Assembly (NCBI GenBank): GCA_013001275.1
Contig: JABDMV010000058.1
Span: forward strand, 4,649-68,648
DNA: 64,000 nt
Origin: Flaviramulus sp.
GTDB lineage: Bacteria > Bacteroidota > Bacteroidia > Flavobacteriales > Flavobacteriaceae
Direction: 5' to 3'
Position numbers and translations under genes: made by a program. Shown here piece after piece: positions 47,059 through 56,813 of this stretch. Under the pieces are notes generated by a model that was not told the origin of the DNA, did not search any database, and worked only from the letters and a program-made list of their open reading frames with translations. Position 1 is the first letter of the stretch. Each line of letters starts with the position of its first letter.

Positions 47059-47262
47059 CTATGAATGTTGAGGTTCGTTGCAATCAACGTATTGGTCGGG
47101 CGTTTTACCACAAAAACCACAGGCTTCACCGTCCTTATTTAACATTGGGTTTTGGCTAGCACAAGTACCGGCAAATTTACCGTCTTTTTTTGCCCAAATT
47201 TTAATCGCAATTCCTGCAATTCCTAATCCAAGAAGAATAATGGTTATAAAAAGAAGTTTCAT
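47059..47262 (-). CDS. Small membrane protein with one TM helix and four Cys (architecture resembles NqrM)
   Basis: 67 aa. N-terminal TM helix 'LLFITIILLGLGIAGIAIKIW', then 'KKDGKFAGTC-x13-CGFCG-x9-C'. Ends 6 nt upstream of the GT2 gene. Confidence 0.55.
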   Translation of the reverse strand: MKLLFITIILLGLGIAGIAIKIWAKKDGKFAGTCASQNPMLNKDGEACGFCGKTPDQYVDCNEPQHS

Positions 47263-47367
47263 TAAGTATTTATTTTTGCAAAGATACTGCTTTTGATTTC
47301 AAATTTTAAAAGAAACAAATGGATTATTAAGTGTGATTCTCGTAAAATTTAATAAAACACATGGTAT

Positions 47368-47404
47368 AAAAAAAGCCTCTTTATTTAATAAAGAGGCTTT
47401 TTTT
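47368..47404 (-). terminator. Terminator after the sigma/anti-sigma operon (symmetric, could act bidirectionally)
   Basis: gcctctttat-tta-ataaagaggc flanked by A7 and T7. Confidence 0.8.
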
Positions 47405-47422
47405 ATTTTATTGCTATTAATC

Positions 47423-48211
47423 TTATTGCAAGCTTATTTGAGCCACCGAATTTTTTACAGAGGCTATACTATTTCCACCTTTAGGTTCTATGGTAATGCT
47501 TAAAGCAAGTGCATTTTCCATATAAGGGATGTTTCTTAATTTTCTGTCAGCCTCATTTAGAATTCCTAAACTTACCATTTTACCTTGCAATTCTGCCCAT
47601 ATTTGGTAGCATTGTTCTTCTGGTAATTGAGGCAAAGAAACGACATCAATCATAGAAGTTTTTTCTTTAGGGTTAATATAAGCAACAGTTTTTAAGTCTT
47701 TTGCTCTATCGTTTCCTGTAATTATATATTTTTCAGTTTCAGGATTATTAAGCTTCAGTAATTGTCGTATAACATTGTCAAGCATTTTGTTGTTCTTCTC
47801 TATATCACTTCGCAAATCAAAAATTTCATCGACAACTACTTGGTTTTCATTAGAAAGTTTTTGGTTTTGATTATAAAAGATATACGATGTTCCAGCAAAA
47901 ATAAATGCAGCTATACTTGCAGCAACGGCAAATTTATACCAAGATTTATATTTCTTTCTATTGTTTAATTTTACTACCGGCTTTTCATCAAGTTCATCTA
48001 AAATATTATTTAAGATGCCTTTGGGAGCTTCAACGGCATTACATTTTGCTACTAATTCTAAGTTTAGCTGTAATTTGTTGTAAGCGTTTTTTACTTCTGG
48101 ATGTTTTGAAATATAAGATTCCACCATTTCTGTTTCAACAGAAGTAGTTTCACCTATTAGATATTTTTCTAGTAGGCCAGAACTTAAAAAAGTATTTATT
48201 TTCTCATTCAT
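47423..48211 (-). CDS. Anti-sigma factor (RskA-like C-terminal domain)
   Basis: 262 aa, central TM helix. C-terminal 'CYQIWAEL.GKMVSLGIL' and 'LSITIEPKGG'. Follows an ECF sigma gene. Confidence 0.75.
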   Translation of the reverse strand: MNEKINTFLSSGLLEKYLIGETTSVETEMVESYISKHPEVKNAYNKLQLNLELVAKCNAVEAPKGILNNILDELDEKPVVKLNNRKKYKSWYKFAVAASIAAFIFAGTSYIFYNQNQKLSNENQVVVDEIFDLRSDIEKNNKMLDNVIRQLLKLNNPETEKYIITGNDRAKDLKTVAYINPKEKTSMIDVVSLPQLPEEQCYQIWAELQGKMVSLGILNEADRKLRNIPYMENALALSITIEPKGGNSIASVKNSVAQISLQ

Positions 48212-48223
48212 GACTTTATTTTA

Positions 48224-48754
48224 TTAAGGATTATAAATTTTTTTCAATTCTCGTAATCCAATTTTTAATCTCGATTTTATTGTTCCTAACGGAATATCTA
48301 GTTCCTCACTAGCTTCCTGTTGTGTCATACCCTCAAAAAAGAGCGCTTTTATCACTATTTTATATTTTTCATCTAACCTATTTAGATGCTTTTTTATGTC
48401 TAAAACATCTTCATTTAATGCATTCGATGTTAGTTTATATACGGAAGATGTCTCAATTTGGACTTCTTTACCACTTTTGTTTTTTTGCGATCGAACTTTA
48501 TCAATGGCAGTATTGTAAGCAATTCTATATAACCAAGTGAACAATTTGGCTTTATTGGCGTCATACTTTTTTGAGTATCTCCAAATTTTTACAAAAGTTT
48601 CTTGTAACACATCTTGGGCAGTATCTTCATCAGATATGATTTTTTTAATAACGCCAAATAAAGCATCGGCGTAATAGTCATAAAGTAAGTTTATGGCTTT
48701 TTTATCACTGGTTTGCAATAATGAAACTATTTCTTTTTCTATTGATGAAATCAA
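48224..48754 (-). CDS. ECF-type RNA polymerase sigma-70 factor
   Basis: 'AQDVLQETFVKIW' and 'MTQQEASEELDIPLGTIKSRL'. Confidence 0.88.
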   Translation of the reverse strand: MISSIEKEIVSLLQTSDKKAINLLYDYYADALFGVIKKIISDEDTAQDVLQETFVKIWRYSKKYDANKAKLFTWLYRIAYNTAIDKVRSQKNKSGKEVQIETSSVYKLTSNALNEDVLDIKKHLNRLDEKYKIVIKALFFEGMTQQEASEELDIPLGTIKSRLKIGLRELKKIYNP

Positions 48755-48822
48755 ATTAGGGTGTAATGTTTATATAACTATTAGATAATACTTAGTTCCA
48801 AAGTTAGAGATTTCTTTTTAGA

Positions 48823-49836
48823 TTATAAGATATTTACTTCAGCTTCAATCGAAATGTTAAAAAGCCGTTTAACAGTTTTTTGAATTAATTTTGAAAGATT
48901 TAAAATTTCTTCACCTTTGGCTCCACCATAATTAACAAGTACTAAAGCTTGATTTTTATGAACGCCATAATTTCCTAAACGCTTCCCTTTAAAACCGGCT
49001 TTTTCAATAAGCCAACCTGCTGGGATTTTTACTTCACTTTCTGAAATAGGGTAACTTGGTAAGTCATTAAAATTTTCTGCTAAAGTTTTAAACTGACTAT
49101 TAGAAATTACAGGATTTTTAAAAAAACTACCACTGTTACCTATTTCTTTTGGGTTTGGTAATTTACTTTCCCTAATAGCAATAACTGCATTTGAAACATC
49201 TTTAATAGATGGTTTTTTAATATTTGATGCTTCTAATTGTGATGTAATAGCACCGTAATTAATATTAAGTTTATGCTGACCTTTAGTTAGTTTAAAAATT
49301 ACACTAGTTATAATAAATTTTCTCTTTTTATCTTGTTTGAAAATAGAGTTTCTGTATCCAAAATCGCACTCTGATTTAGTGAATATTTGGATTTCATTGC
49401 TTTCTAAAGAAATGGCTTCGCAAGAATCAAAAACATCTTTTAGTTCAACTCCATATGCTCCAATGTTTTGAATAGGGGCAGTACCAACATTTCCGGGAAT
49501 TAATGACAAATTTTCTATACCGCCGTAATTATTTTCAATACACCAAAGCACGAATTGATGCCAGTTTTCACCGGCATGTGCTTTTACCCAAACGGTATCG
49601 CCATTATCAGAAACAATTTCAACGCCTTTCATGTTGATATGAATAACCAACCCATTATAGTCTTTTGTTAGTAGCATGTTGCTTCCGCCACCTAAAATTA
49701 ACTTATTTGAAAATTCTTTTAATTTTAGAATATTTTTTAAATCATCAATATTGGTAACAGAAACAAAATGTTTTGCTAAAACGTCAATACCAAAAGTATT
49801 GTAAGGTTTTAAAGATATATTTTGAAGTATTTGCAC
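48823..49836 (-). CDS. murB: UDP-N-acetylmuramate dehydrogenase
   Basis: 'LKPYNTFGI', 'LGGGSN', 'GSFFKNP'. Confidence 0.92.
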   Translation of the reverse strand: MQILQNISLKPYNTFGIDVLAKHFVSVTNIDDLKNILKLKEFSNKLILGGGSNMLLTKDYNGLVIHINMKGVEIVSDNGDTVWVKAHAGENWHQFVLWCIENNYGGIENLSLIPGNVGTAPIQNIGAYGVELKDVFDSCEAISLESNEIQIFTKSECDFGYRNSIFKQDKKRKFIITSVIFKLTKGQHKLNINYGAITSQLEASNIKKPSIKDVSNAVIAIRESKLPNPKEIGNSGSFFKNPVISNSQFKTLAENFNDLPSYPISESEVKIPAGWLIEKAGFKGKRLGNYGVHKNQALVLVNYGGAKGEEILNLSKLIQKTVKRLFNISIEAEVNIL

Positions 49837-51026
49837 TAGTCTTTATAAACTTTTAAGGCTTCTTTTAAAATATGCACGGCTTTTATTAAGCTTTCTTTAT
49901 TAAGTACGTAGGCGATTCTTATTTGGTTTAAACCCTCACCAGGAGTTGAATAAAAACCTCCTGCAGGAGCAACCATAATAGTTTCACCGTTTATTTCAAA
50001 ATTTTCTAAAAGCCATTGAGCAAAATCATCTGAATTTTTTACAGGTAATTCGGCAATACAATAAAAAGCGCCGTTAGGATTACCAACTTTAACACCTTCA
50101 ATTTTTTTTAATTCAGCTATTAAAGTATTCCTTCTTTCTACATATTCATCAATTACAGCGTCAAAGTAGCTTTGTGGCGTATCTAAGGCTGCTTCACTTG
50201 CTATTTGTGCCAATGTAGGAGGACTTAAACGTGCCTGAGCAAATTTTAAGGCTGTTTGAATAACGCTTTTGTTTTTTGAAACTAAACAACCAATTCTTGC
50301 ACCACACATACTATAACGTTTAGACACCGAATCAATCATAATGGCATAATCATCTAAACCAACTTCTTGCATTATTGAATAATGTACATTTCCATCGTAT
50401 GCAAATTCTCGGTAAACTTCGTCCGCTATTAAAAACAAATCATGTTTTTTTACAATGGCCGCAAGCTTTTTTATTTCTTCTTTTGAATATAAGTATCCAG
50501 TTGGGTTTCCGGGATTACAAATTAAAATCGCTTTTGTTTTTGGGGTAATTAATTTTTCAAATTCTTCAATAGGAGGTAATGCAAAATTATCTTCTATTTT
50601 CGATATTACTGGCACCACTTTCACGCCAGATGCCGTTGAAAAACCATTATAATTGGCGTAAAATGGTTCCGGAATTATTATTTCATCATCAACATCCATA
50701 ACACTACCGAAAGCAAAAAGTAAAGCTTCACTTCCTCCCGTTGTTACAATTATATCATTATGATTAACTGGAATATTTTTAGTTGCGTAATAATTCGCAA
50801 TTTTTTTTCTATAATCTTCAGAACCTTCCGATCGAGTATAGGCTAAAATATCTAAAGAATGTACTTTAACCGCATCCAACGCGATTTTCGGTGTTTTAAT
50901 ATCCGGTTGTCCTATATTTAGGTAATAAATAGACTTTCCATTTTTAACTGCCTGTTCTGCATAAGGCGCTAATTTTCTGATGGGAGATTGAGGCATTAAT
51001 TGCCCTTTTTTAGAAATTGATGGCAT
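49836..51026 (-). CDS. Class I/II PLP-dependent aminotransferase (aspartate-aminotransferase-like)
   Basis: 396 aa. 'NIGQPD', 'NPGNPTG', 'DSVSKRYSMCGARIG'. Confidence 0.85.
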   Translation of the reverse strand: MPSISKKGQLMPQSPIRKLAPYAEQAVKNGKSIYYLNIGQPDIKTPKIALDAVKVHSLDILAYTRSEGSEDYRKKIANYYATKNIPVNHNDIIVTTGGSEALLFAFGSVMDVDDEIIIPEPFYANYNGFSTASGVKVVPVISKIEDNFALPPIEEFEKLITPKTKAILICNPGNPTGYLYSKEEIKKLAAIVKKHDLFLIADEVYREFAYDGNVHYSIMQEVGLDDYAIMIDSVSKRYSMCGARIGCLVSKNKSVIQTALKFAQARLSPPTLAQIASEAALDTPQSYFDAVIDEYVERRNTLIAELKKIEGVKVGNPNGAFYCIAELPVKNSDDFAQWLLENFEINGETIMVAPAGGFYSTPGEGLNQIRIAYVLNKESLIKAVHILKEALKVYKD

Positions 51027-51147
51027 TTATTTTAGATTAAGACACAAAGTTGAGAAAATTATCTTAAAGTTTTTTTAAAAAATGCCTTTAAATATATATG
51101 CCACTGTAAAGATTTGTAAATTGATATATCAATCCAAACTTTCTTTT

Positions 51148-52488
51148 ATGAAAAAGTATTTATGCCTTGTTATAATGTTTTTTGGCTTAAATACTTTTGG
51201 GTATTCTCAAAACAAGTTTATCATTCAAAATAAAAATCAAACGGATAAAATTAATTTTAAATTAATAAATAATTTAATCATTTTTCCGGTAGAAATAAAC
51301 GGTGTCACTTTATCCTTCATATTAGATACTGGAGTAAGTAAGCCAATTATATTTAATTTCCTTAATGTTTCAGATACCTTAAAAATAAAAGATACGGAAA
51401 CTATCTATTTAAGAGGATTGGGAAATGGTGAATCAGTTAAAGCACTTAAATCTAAAAACAATATTTTTAAGATTGGTGATGCCATTAAATTAAATCAGGA
51501 TTTATTTGCTGTATTTGATACAAATTTAAATTTTGCACCCAGATTAGGTGTTCCAATTCATGGAATAATAGGATATGATCTATTTAAAGATTTTATTGTA
51601 GAAATAAACTATTCTAATAGGTATATTAGACTGTCCAATCCAGATCTATATTTATATAAAAAATGTAAAAAGTGTGAAACACTAAATTTGGAATTTTATA
51701 ACAATAAGCCTTATGTAGATGCTGAAGTGACTATTAATAAAAAAATAATTCCTGTAAAACTATTGATTGATTCTGGGGGAAGTGATTCCTTGTGGTTATT
51801 TGAAGATGATTCTTTAGGAATAAAATCGAGTAATAAATATTTTAATGATTTCTTGGGGCATGGTTTAAGCGGAAGTGTATTTGGTAAGCGATCAAAAATT
51901 GATTTGTTTTCCATAAATAAATATAAATTATATAATGCAAATGTGGCTTATCCAGATTCAAGTTCTATTTCATTTGCAAGAAAATTTGAAGGTCGAAATG
52001 GCAGTTTGGCGGGTAATATTTTAAAACGATTTAATTTAATTTTCGACTATCAGAAGGCAAAAGTTAAAATTAAAAAAAATACTCGTTTTAGAGAAGAGTT
52101 TAGTTATAATAAAAGTGGTATTGAATTAGCCCATGATGGTGTAAGAATAGTAAAAGAAATTAAGAATCGAGTTTTAAGCAAGGGAACTGGCGAACAAACA
52201 ATTGACGATGAATTTAATAGTAATAGAATAGTCATAAACACTCAATATCAAATATCTTTAAAACCAGCTTATACTATTGTAGAATTAAGAGAAAATTCTC
52301 CAGCTGCAAATGCGGGTTTACTTATTGGAGATGTAATTTTAAATATAAATAATAAAGAATCTTATAATTATTCTTTACAGCAAATAACTCAAATGTTTTA
52401 TGAGGATGAGGGAAAGAAAATTCGATTGCGGATAGATCGAAATGGAGTGATTTTGTTTTTTGGTTTTAATCTTAAAAAACCTTTTTAA
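51148..52488 (+). CDS. Secreted retropepsin-like aspartyl protease with C-terminal PDZ domain
   Basis: A signal peptide starts at the internal ATG ('MKKYLCLVIMFFGLNTFGYSQ'). 'FILDTGVS' and 'LIDSGGS' Asp motifs. PDZ 'SPAANAGLLIGDVIL'. Confidence 0.75.
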   Translation: MKKYLCLVIMFFGLNTFGYSQNKFIIQNKNQTDKINFKLINNLIIFPVEINGVTLSFILDTGVSKPIIFNFLNVSDTLKIKDTETIYLRGLGNGESVKALKSKNNIFKIGDAIKLNQDLFAVFDTNLNFAPRLGVPIHGIIGYDLFKDFIVEINYSNRYIRLSNPDLYLYKKCKKCETLNLEFYNNKPYVDAEVTINKKIIPVKLLIDSGGSDSLWLFEDDSLGIKSSNKYFNDFLGHGLSGSVFGKRSKIDLFSINKYKLYNANVAYPDSSSISFARKFEGRNGSLAGNILKRFNLIFDYQKAKVKIKKNTRFREEFSYNKSGIELAHDGVRIVKEIKNRVLSKGTGEQTIDDEFNSNRIVINTQYQISLKPAYTIVELRENSPAANAGLLIGDVILNINNKESYNYSLQQITQMFYEDEGKKIRLRIDRNGVILFFGFNLKKPF

Positions 52489-52490
52489 AC

Positions 52491-52520
52491 AAAAAAAACC
52501 TAAGCATAACTTAGGTTTTT
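52491..52520. terminator. Bidirectional terminator between convergent genes
   Basis: aaacctaag-cataa-cttaggttt flanked by A8 and T-run. Confidence 0.8.
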
Positions 52521-52542
52521 CTGTTTGTTCTCGTCTTAATTT

Positions 52543-52959
52543 TTATTTCTCAACGATACTTTTTTCTTTCTTATCAAGCAAACTAACTTTTGAAGGGTCA
52601 ATTACTTCGCCTTTAATTTTTAAAGCAACCGTAGGTGTTTCCGCATTAGAAATAACTGTTATAGTTTTTCTAATTGGATTTACTCTATTAGTATCGTATT
52701 TAACTTCAATTTCACCAGTTTTGCCAGGTAAAATTGGATCTTTTGGTTTTTTTGGGATTGTACATCCACAGCTTGAAGTTACTTTTGATATAATAAGTGG
52801 CTCATCACCGGTATTTGTGAATTCAAATACTCTAACACCATCAGATCCTTTTTCAATAGTGCCATAATCGATTGTTTCAGCTTTAAACTCAATCTTAGCC
52901 TGAGCATTAATGGTAAAACTGATTAAACCGATAAATAAAATAGTAATTAATTTTTTCAT
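52543..52959 (-). CDS. DUF1573 domain protein (secreted)
   Basis: Signal peptide, 'F.F.N.G..PL.I..V.SSCGCT.P'. Confidence 0.85.
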   Translation of the reverse strand: MKKLITILFIGLISFTINAQAKIEFKAETIDYGTIEKGSDGVRVFEFTNTGDEPLIISKVTSSCGCTIPKKPKDPILPGKTGEIEVKYDTNRVNPIRKTITVISNAETPTVALKIKGEVIDPSKVSLLDKKEKSIVEK

Positions 52960-53220
52960 AATTTTAATGTTTCATAATTTGTATTAACATTCTCATAATC
53001 ATTATATTATCTGTGAATGCAGGATATTTTAATTCTTTCTTTCCAAGTCAAACATACTTACTTTTTCTACAATCTGCAAAAATAATAGATGTAATACATA
53101 CATATTAGCATATTCAACTCGTTTAAAAGTACTCACATCTCATCTTTAAAAATTGTAAAATAAGTTGTTTTTAGTACTATCAATAACTTTATATAGCTTT
53201 CATAGAAAAAGAAATATAAG

Positions 53221-53228
53221 TACTTTTG
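53221..53228 (+). promoter_or_regulatory. -7 box TACTTTTG upstream of valS
   Basis: Matches TAnnTTTG, 31 nt before the preferred valS ATG at 53259. Confidence 0.4.
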
Positions 53229-53258
53229 CCTATTAGATTTCAAAAACTATTCCAAAGT

Positions 53259-55895
53259 ATGCAAATTCCATCAAAATATGATGCAAGTAAGGTAGAAAGT
53301 AAATGGTACGACTACTGGATGAATAATAATTATTTTCATTCAAAACCTGATGAGAGAGAGCCTTACACCATAGTAATACCACCGCCAAATGTTACTGGCG
53401 TATTGCATATGGGGCATATGCTTAACAACACTATTCAAGATGTTTTAATTCGTCGTGCTCGTTTATTAGGTAAAAATGCTTGTTGGGTTCCGGGAACGGA
53501 CCACGCATCTATTGCCACCGAAGCCAAAGTGGTTGCGAAATTAAAGGAACAAGGAATTGACAAAAACGACTTAACTAGAGATGAATTCTTATCACATGCT
53601 TGGGATTGGACACACGAATATGGAGGCGTAATCCTTGAACAATTAAAAAAATTGGGATGTTCTTGCGATTGGGATAGAACTAAATTTACGATGGATGACG
53701 ATATGTCTGAAGCTGTCATTAAGGTTTTTGTTGATTTACATCAAAAAGGCTTGATCTATAGAGGTTATCGAATGGTAAATTGGGATCCAGAGGCACAAAC
53801 AACACTGTCTGATGAAGAAGTAATCCATGAGGAGCGTACAGACAAATTATATTATGTAAAATATCAAATTGAAGATGAGAATGAGTATGTTACTATTGCA
53901 ACAACTCGTCCTGAAACAATATTAGGCGATACCGCGATATGTATAAATCCTAACGATGAACGATTTACTAATTTAAAAGGTAAAAAAGTAATAGTGCCTC
54001 TGTGTAATAGAACTATTCCAATTATTGAAGATGATTATGTAGATATTGAATTTGGAACAGGATGTTTAAAAGTAACTCCAGCACATGATGTTAACGATAA
54101 AGAAATCGGTGATAGACATAATTTAGAAGTAATTGATGTTTTAAATGCCGACGGCAGCATGAATAGCTTTGGGTTGCATCACGAAGGTAAAGATAGAGTC
54201 GTAGCAAGAAAAGATGTATCAAAAGAACTTGAAAGTTTAGGGCTATTGGTTAAAACTGAGAGCATTACGCATAATGTTGGAACATCTGAAAGAACAAAAG
54301 CAGTAATTGAACCAAGACTAAGTGATCAATGGTTTTTGAAAATGGAAGATTTGGTAAAACCTGCTATTGAGGCGGTTTTAGGAGAAAATGCTGACATTAA
54401 ATTATTTCCAAAGAAATTTGAAAATACTTATCGACATTGGATGGAAAACATCCGAGATTGGAATATTTCGCGTCAATTACTTTGGGGACAACAAATTCCC
54501 GCTTATTTCTATGGTGATGGAAAAGAAGATTTTGTAGTTGCTGAAAATGTTGAAAAAGCAATAGAATTAGCTAAAGAAAGAACAGGAAAATCGAATTTAA
54601 AAGCTGCAGATTTAAAACAAGATACTGATGCCTTGGATACCTGGTTTTCTTCTTGGTTATGGCCCATGAGTGTTTTTGATGGAATCCTTAATCCTGAAAA
54701 TGAAGAAATAAAGTATTATTATCCAACAAACGATTTAGTAACAGGACCAGATATTTTATTTTTTTGGGTGGCACGTATGATAATTGCGGGTTATGAGTAT
54801 AAAGGTGAAAAACCATTTAAAAATGTTTATTTAACTGGTTTAGTACGCGATAAACAACGTCGTAAAATGAGTAAATCTCTTGGGAACTCGCCAGACGCCT
54901 TAAAACTAATTGAAGATTATAGTGCAGATGGTGTTAGAGTTGGGTTATTATTAAGTAGTGCGGCAGGGAACGATTTAATGTTTGATGAGGCGCTTTGCCA
55001 ACAAGGTAAAGCCTTTGGAAATAAAATTTGGAATGCTTTTAATTTAACTAATTTATGGGAAATTAATTATAATATTAAACAACCAAACTCTAGTAAAATT
55101 GCTTTAGATTGGTACGAAGCAAAATTTAACACCACATTAGTTGAGATTGAAGATCACTTTAGTAAATATAGGTTAAGTGATGCTTTAATGGCGATTTATA
55201 AATTAATTTATGATGATTTTTGCGGTTGGTTATTGGAAATTGTAAAACCTGCATATCAACAACCAATTGATGCCAAGACATACAATAAGGTGATGTCTAT
55301 TTTTGAGGATAATCTGAAAATATTACACCCGTTTATGCCTTTCTTAACAGAAGATATATGGCAATATATTGCAGAACGTACGCCAGAAGAAGCTCTAATA
55401 GTGGCAAAATGGCCCGAAGTAAAACCGATAAATAAGGTTATTATTTCTCAATTTGATTTTGCTTCAGAAGTTATTTCTGGAATAAGAAATGTGAGAAAAG
55501 AAAAGAATATTGCATTTAAAGATGCTATTGGTTTTTTTGTAATAAATAATGAAAAGTCCGATGCTGCTTTTGACGATGTGATATCTAAATTGGGTAACTT
55601 AGATACAATAGAATACATAACTGAGCCAGTTGAAGGCGCGATGACTTTTAGAGTAAAATCTAACGAGTACTTTATTCCCATGGAGGGAGCCATAGATGTA
55701 GAGGCTGAAATTAAAAAGCTCACTGAAGAATTGAATTATACGGAAGGATTTCTTAAATCTGTTCAGAAGAAGCTATCCAACGAACGATTCGTTGCAGGTG
55801 CACCTGAACAAGTAGTTAATAGTGAAAAGAAAAAAGAAGCCGATGCCCTTGCTAAAATTGAAACGTTAAAAGCTAGTTTAGCAAGTTTAGATTAA
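53259..55895 (+). CDS. valS: Valine--tRNA ligase
   Basis: 'PPPNVTGVLHMGH' (HIGH), 'KMSKSLGN' (KMSKS), C-terminal coiled coil. The ORF-track start at 53226 is a TTG inside the promoter region, so the ATG giving 'MQIPSKYD' is preferred. Confidence 0.95.
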   Translation: MQIPSKYDASKVESKWYDYWMNNNYFHSKPDEREPYTIVIPPPNVTGVLHMGHMLNNTIQDVLIRRARLLGKNACWVPGTDHASIATEAKVVAKLKEQGIDKNDLTRDEFLSHAWDWTHEYGGVILEQLKKLGCSCDWDRTKFTMDDDMSEAVIKVFVDLHQKGLIYRGYRMVNWDPEAQTTLSDEEVIHEERTDKLYYVKYQIEDENEYVTIATTRPETILGDTAICINPNDERFTNLKGKKVIVPLCNRTIPIIEDDYVDIEFGTGCLKVTPAHDVNDKEIGDRHNLEVIDVLNADGSMNSFGLHHEGKDRVVARKDVSKELESLGLLVKTESITHNVGTSERTKAVIEPRLSDQWFLKMEDLVKPAIEAVLGENADIKLFPKKFENTYRHWMENIRDWNISRQLLWGQQIPAYFYGDGKEDFVVAENVEKAIELAKERTGKSNLKAADLKQDTDALDTWFSSWLWPMSVFDGILNPENEEIKYYYPTNDLVTGPDILFFWVARMIIAGYEYKGEKPFKNVYLTGLVRDKQRRKMSKSLGNSPDALKLIEDYSADGVRVGLLLSSAAGNDLMFDEALCQQGKAFGNKIWNAFNLTNLWEINYNIKQPNSSKIALDWYEAKFNTTLVEIEDHFSKYRLSDALMAIYKLIYDDFCGWLLEIVKPAYQQPIDAKTYNKVMSIFEDNLKILHPFMPFLTEDIWQYIAERTPEEALIVAKWPEVKPINKVIISQFDFASEVISGIRNVRKEKNIAFKDAIGFFVINNEKSDAAFDDVISKLGNLDTIEYITEPVEGAMTFRVKSNEYFIPMEGAIDVEAEIKKLTEELNYTEGFLKSVQKKLSNERFVAGAPEQVVNSEKKKEADALAKIETLKASLASLD

Positions 55896-55897
55896 TT

Positions 55898-56164
55898 TTA
55901 TTCTCTGTATAAAAAGTAGTTGTTTACCAAATCAATGTATACACGTTTCGCTTCATCTTCTGTGATGTTTTTTACCTGAAATAACGCATTAGTCTTAAAG
56001 GCATTAATAATGGCCTTTTTGCTATTTGGCCTGCTATAATTATTGGTTGCTTTTTTGTAATAAGCATATAGTTTCAATAATATATCAGCAGGAAAAGGTT
56101 CATTGTGAGCATTAACTCGGGCAACTGCATCATCAAATTCTATGTCTAAATCAGTATCATTCAT
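55898..56164 (-). CDS. Acyl-CoA-binding-protein-like small protein
   Basis: 88 aa. 'F..A...V.......P....LLKLYAYYKKAT' resembles the ACBP helix 1-2 motif. Confidence 0.55.
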   Translation of the reverse strand: MNDTDLDIEFDDAVARVNAHNEPFPADILLKLYAYYKKATNNYSRPNSKKAIINAFKTNALFQVKNITEDEAKRVYIDLVNNYFLYRE

Positions 56165-56813
56165 TTAGTTCAGCAATAATACTTTCACCTCCACGAACTT
56201 TTTGGTTTAACTTAACTTTTATTTTGGTGTCTAATGGTAAAAACAAGTCTACTCTAGAACCAAATTTAATAAATCCAGATTCTCCACCTTGGTTAGCTTT
56301 ATCATTAATTTTAGCATAGTTAACAATTCTTTTAGCCAATGCACCAGCAATTTGTCTATGCAATACTTTTCCGTAAGTTTCGTTTTCAACTACTACTGTT
56401 GTACGTTCGTTTTCTTCACTAGCTTTCGGATGCCATGCTACTAAATATTTGCCCGGGTGATATTTGCTGAATATAACATTACCACCAACTGGGTAACGAG
56501 TAACATGAACATTTATCGGAGACATAAATACACTTACTTGAATGCGTTTATCCTTAAAATATTCGTTTTCTAAAACTTCTTCAATTACAACAACCTTACC
56601 ATCAACAGGTGATAAAACTTGCTTATCGTTTAAATTAGTTTTCCTTTTTGGATTTCTAAAAAACTGAAGTATTAGAATCAAGAATCCTAATAATACAACT
56701 AGGACAAGAGTTCTTAACCATTGTAATTCGATAAAACTATCGACTAACAAAAATCCAGATACAACAATTAGAAATGTTGTAAATATAATTTTATGACCTT
56801 CTTTATGAAACAT
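56157..56813 (-). CDS. psd: Phosphatidylserine decarboxylase proenzyme (short type)
   Basis: 218 aa. N-terminal TM helices and the 'FGSRVD' self-cleavage motif. Confidence 0.85.
   Translation of the reverse strand: MFHKEGHKIIFTTFLIVVSGFLLVDSFIELQWLRTLVLVVLLGFLILILQFFRNPKRKTNLNDKQVLSPVDGKVVVIEEVLENEYFKDKRIQVSVFMSPINVHVTRYPVGGNVIFSKYHPGKYLVAWHPKASEENERTTVVVENETYGKVLHRQIAGALAKRIVNYAKINDKANQGGESGFIKFGSRVDLFLPLDTKIKVKLNQKVRGGESIIAELNE

Noticed and set aside
52960-53258. A 299-nt region upstream of valS, considered as a possible T-box or other leader.
   Set aside because: It is a divergent promoter region shared with the DUF1573 gene. I could not find a specifier or T-box motif or a terminator/antiterminator pair, and a plain TAnnTTTG box lies 31 nt before the ATG.
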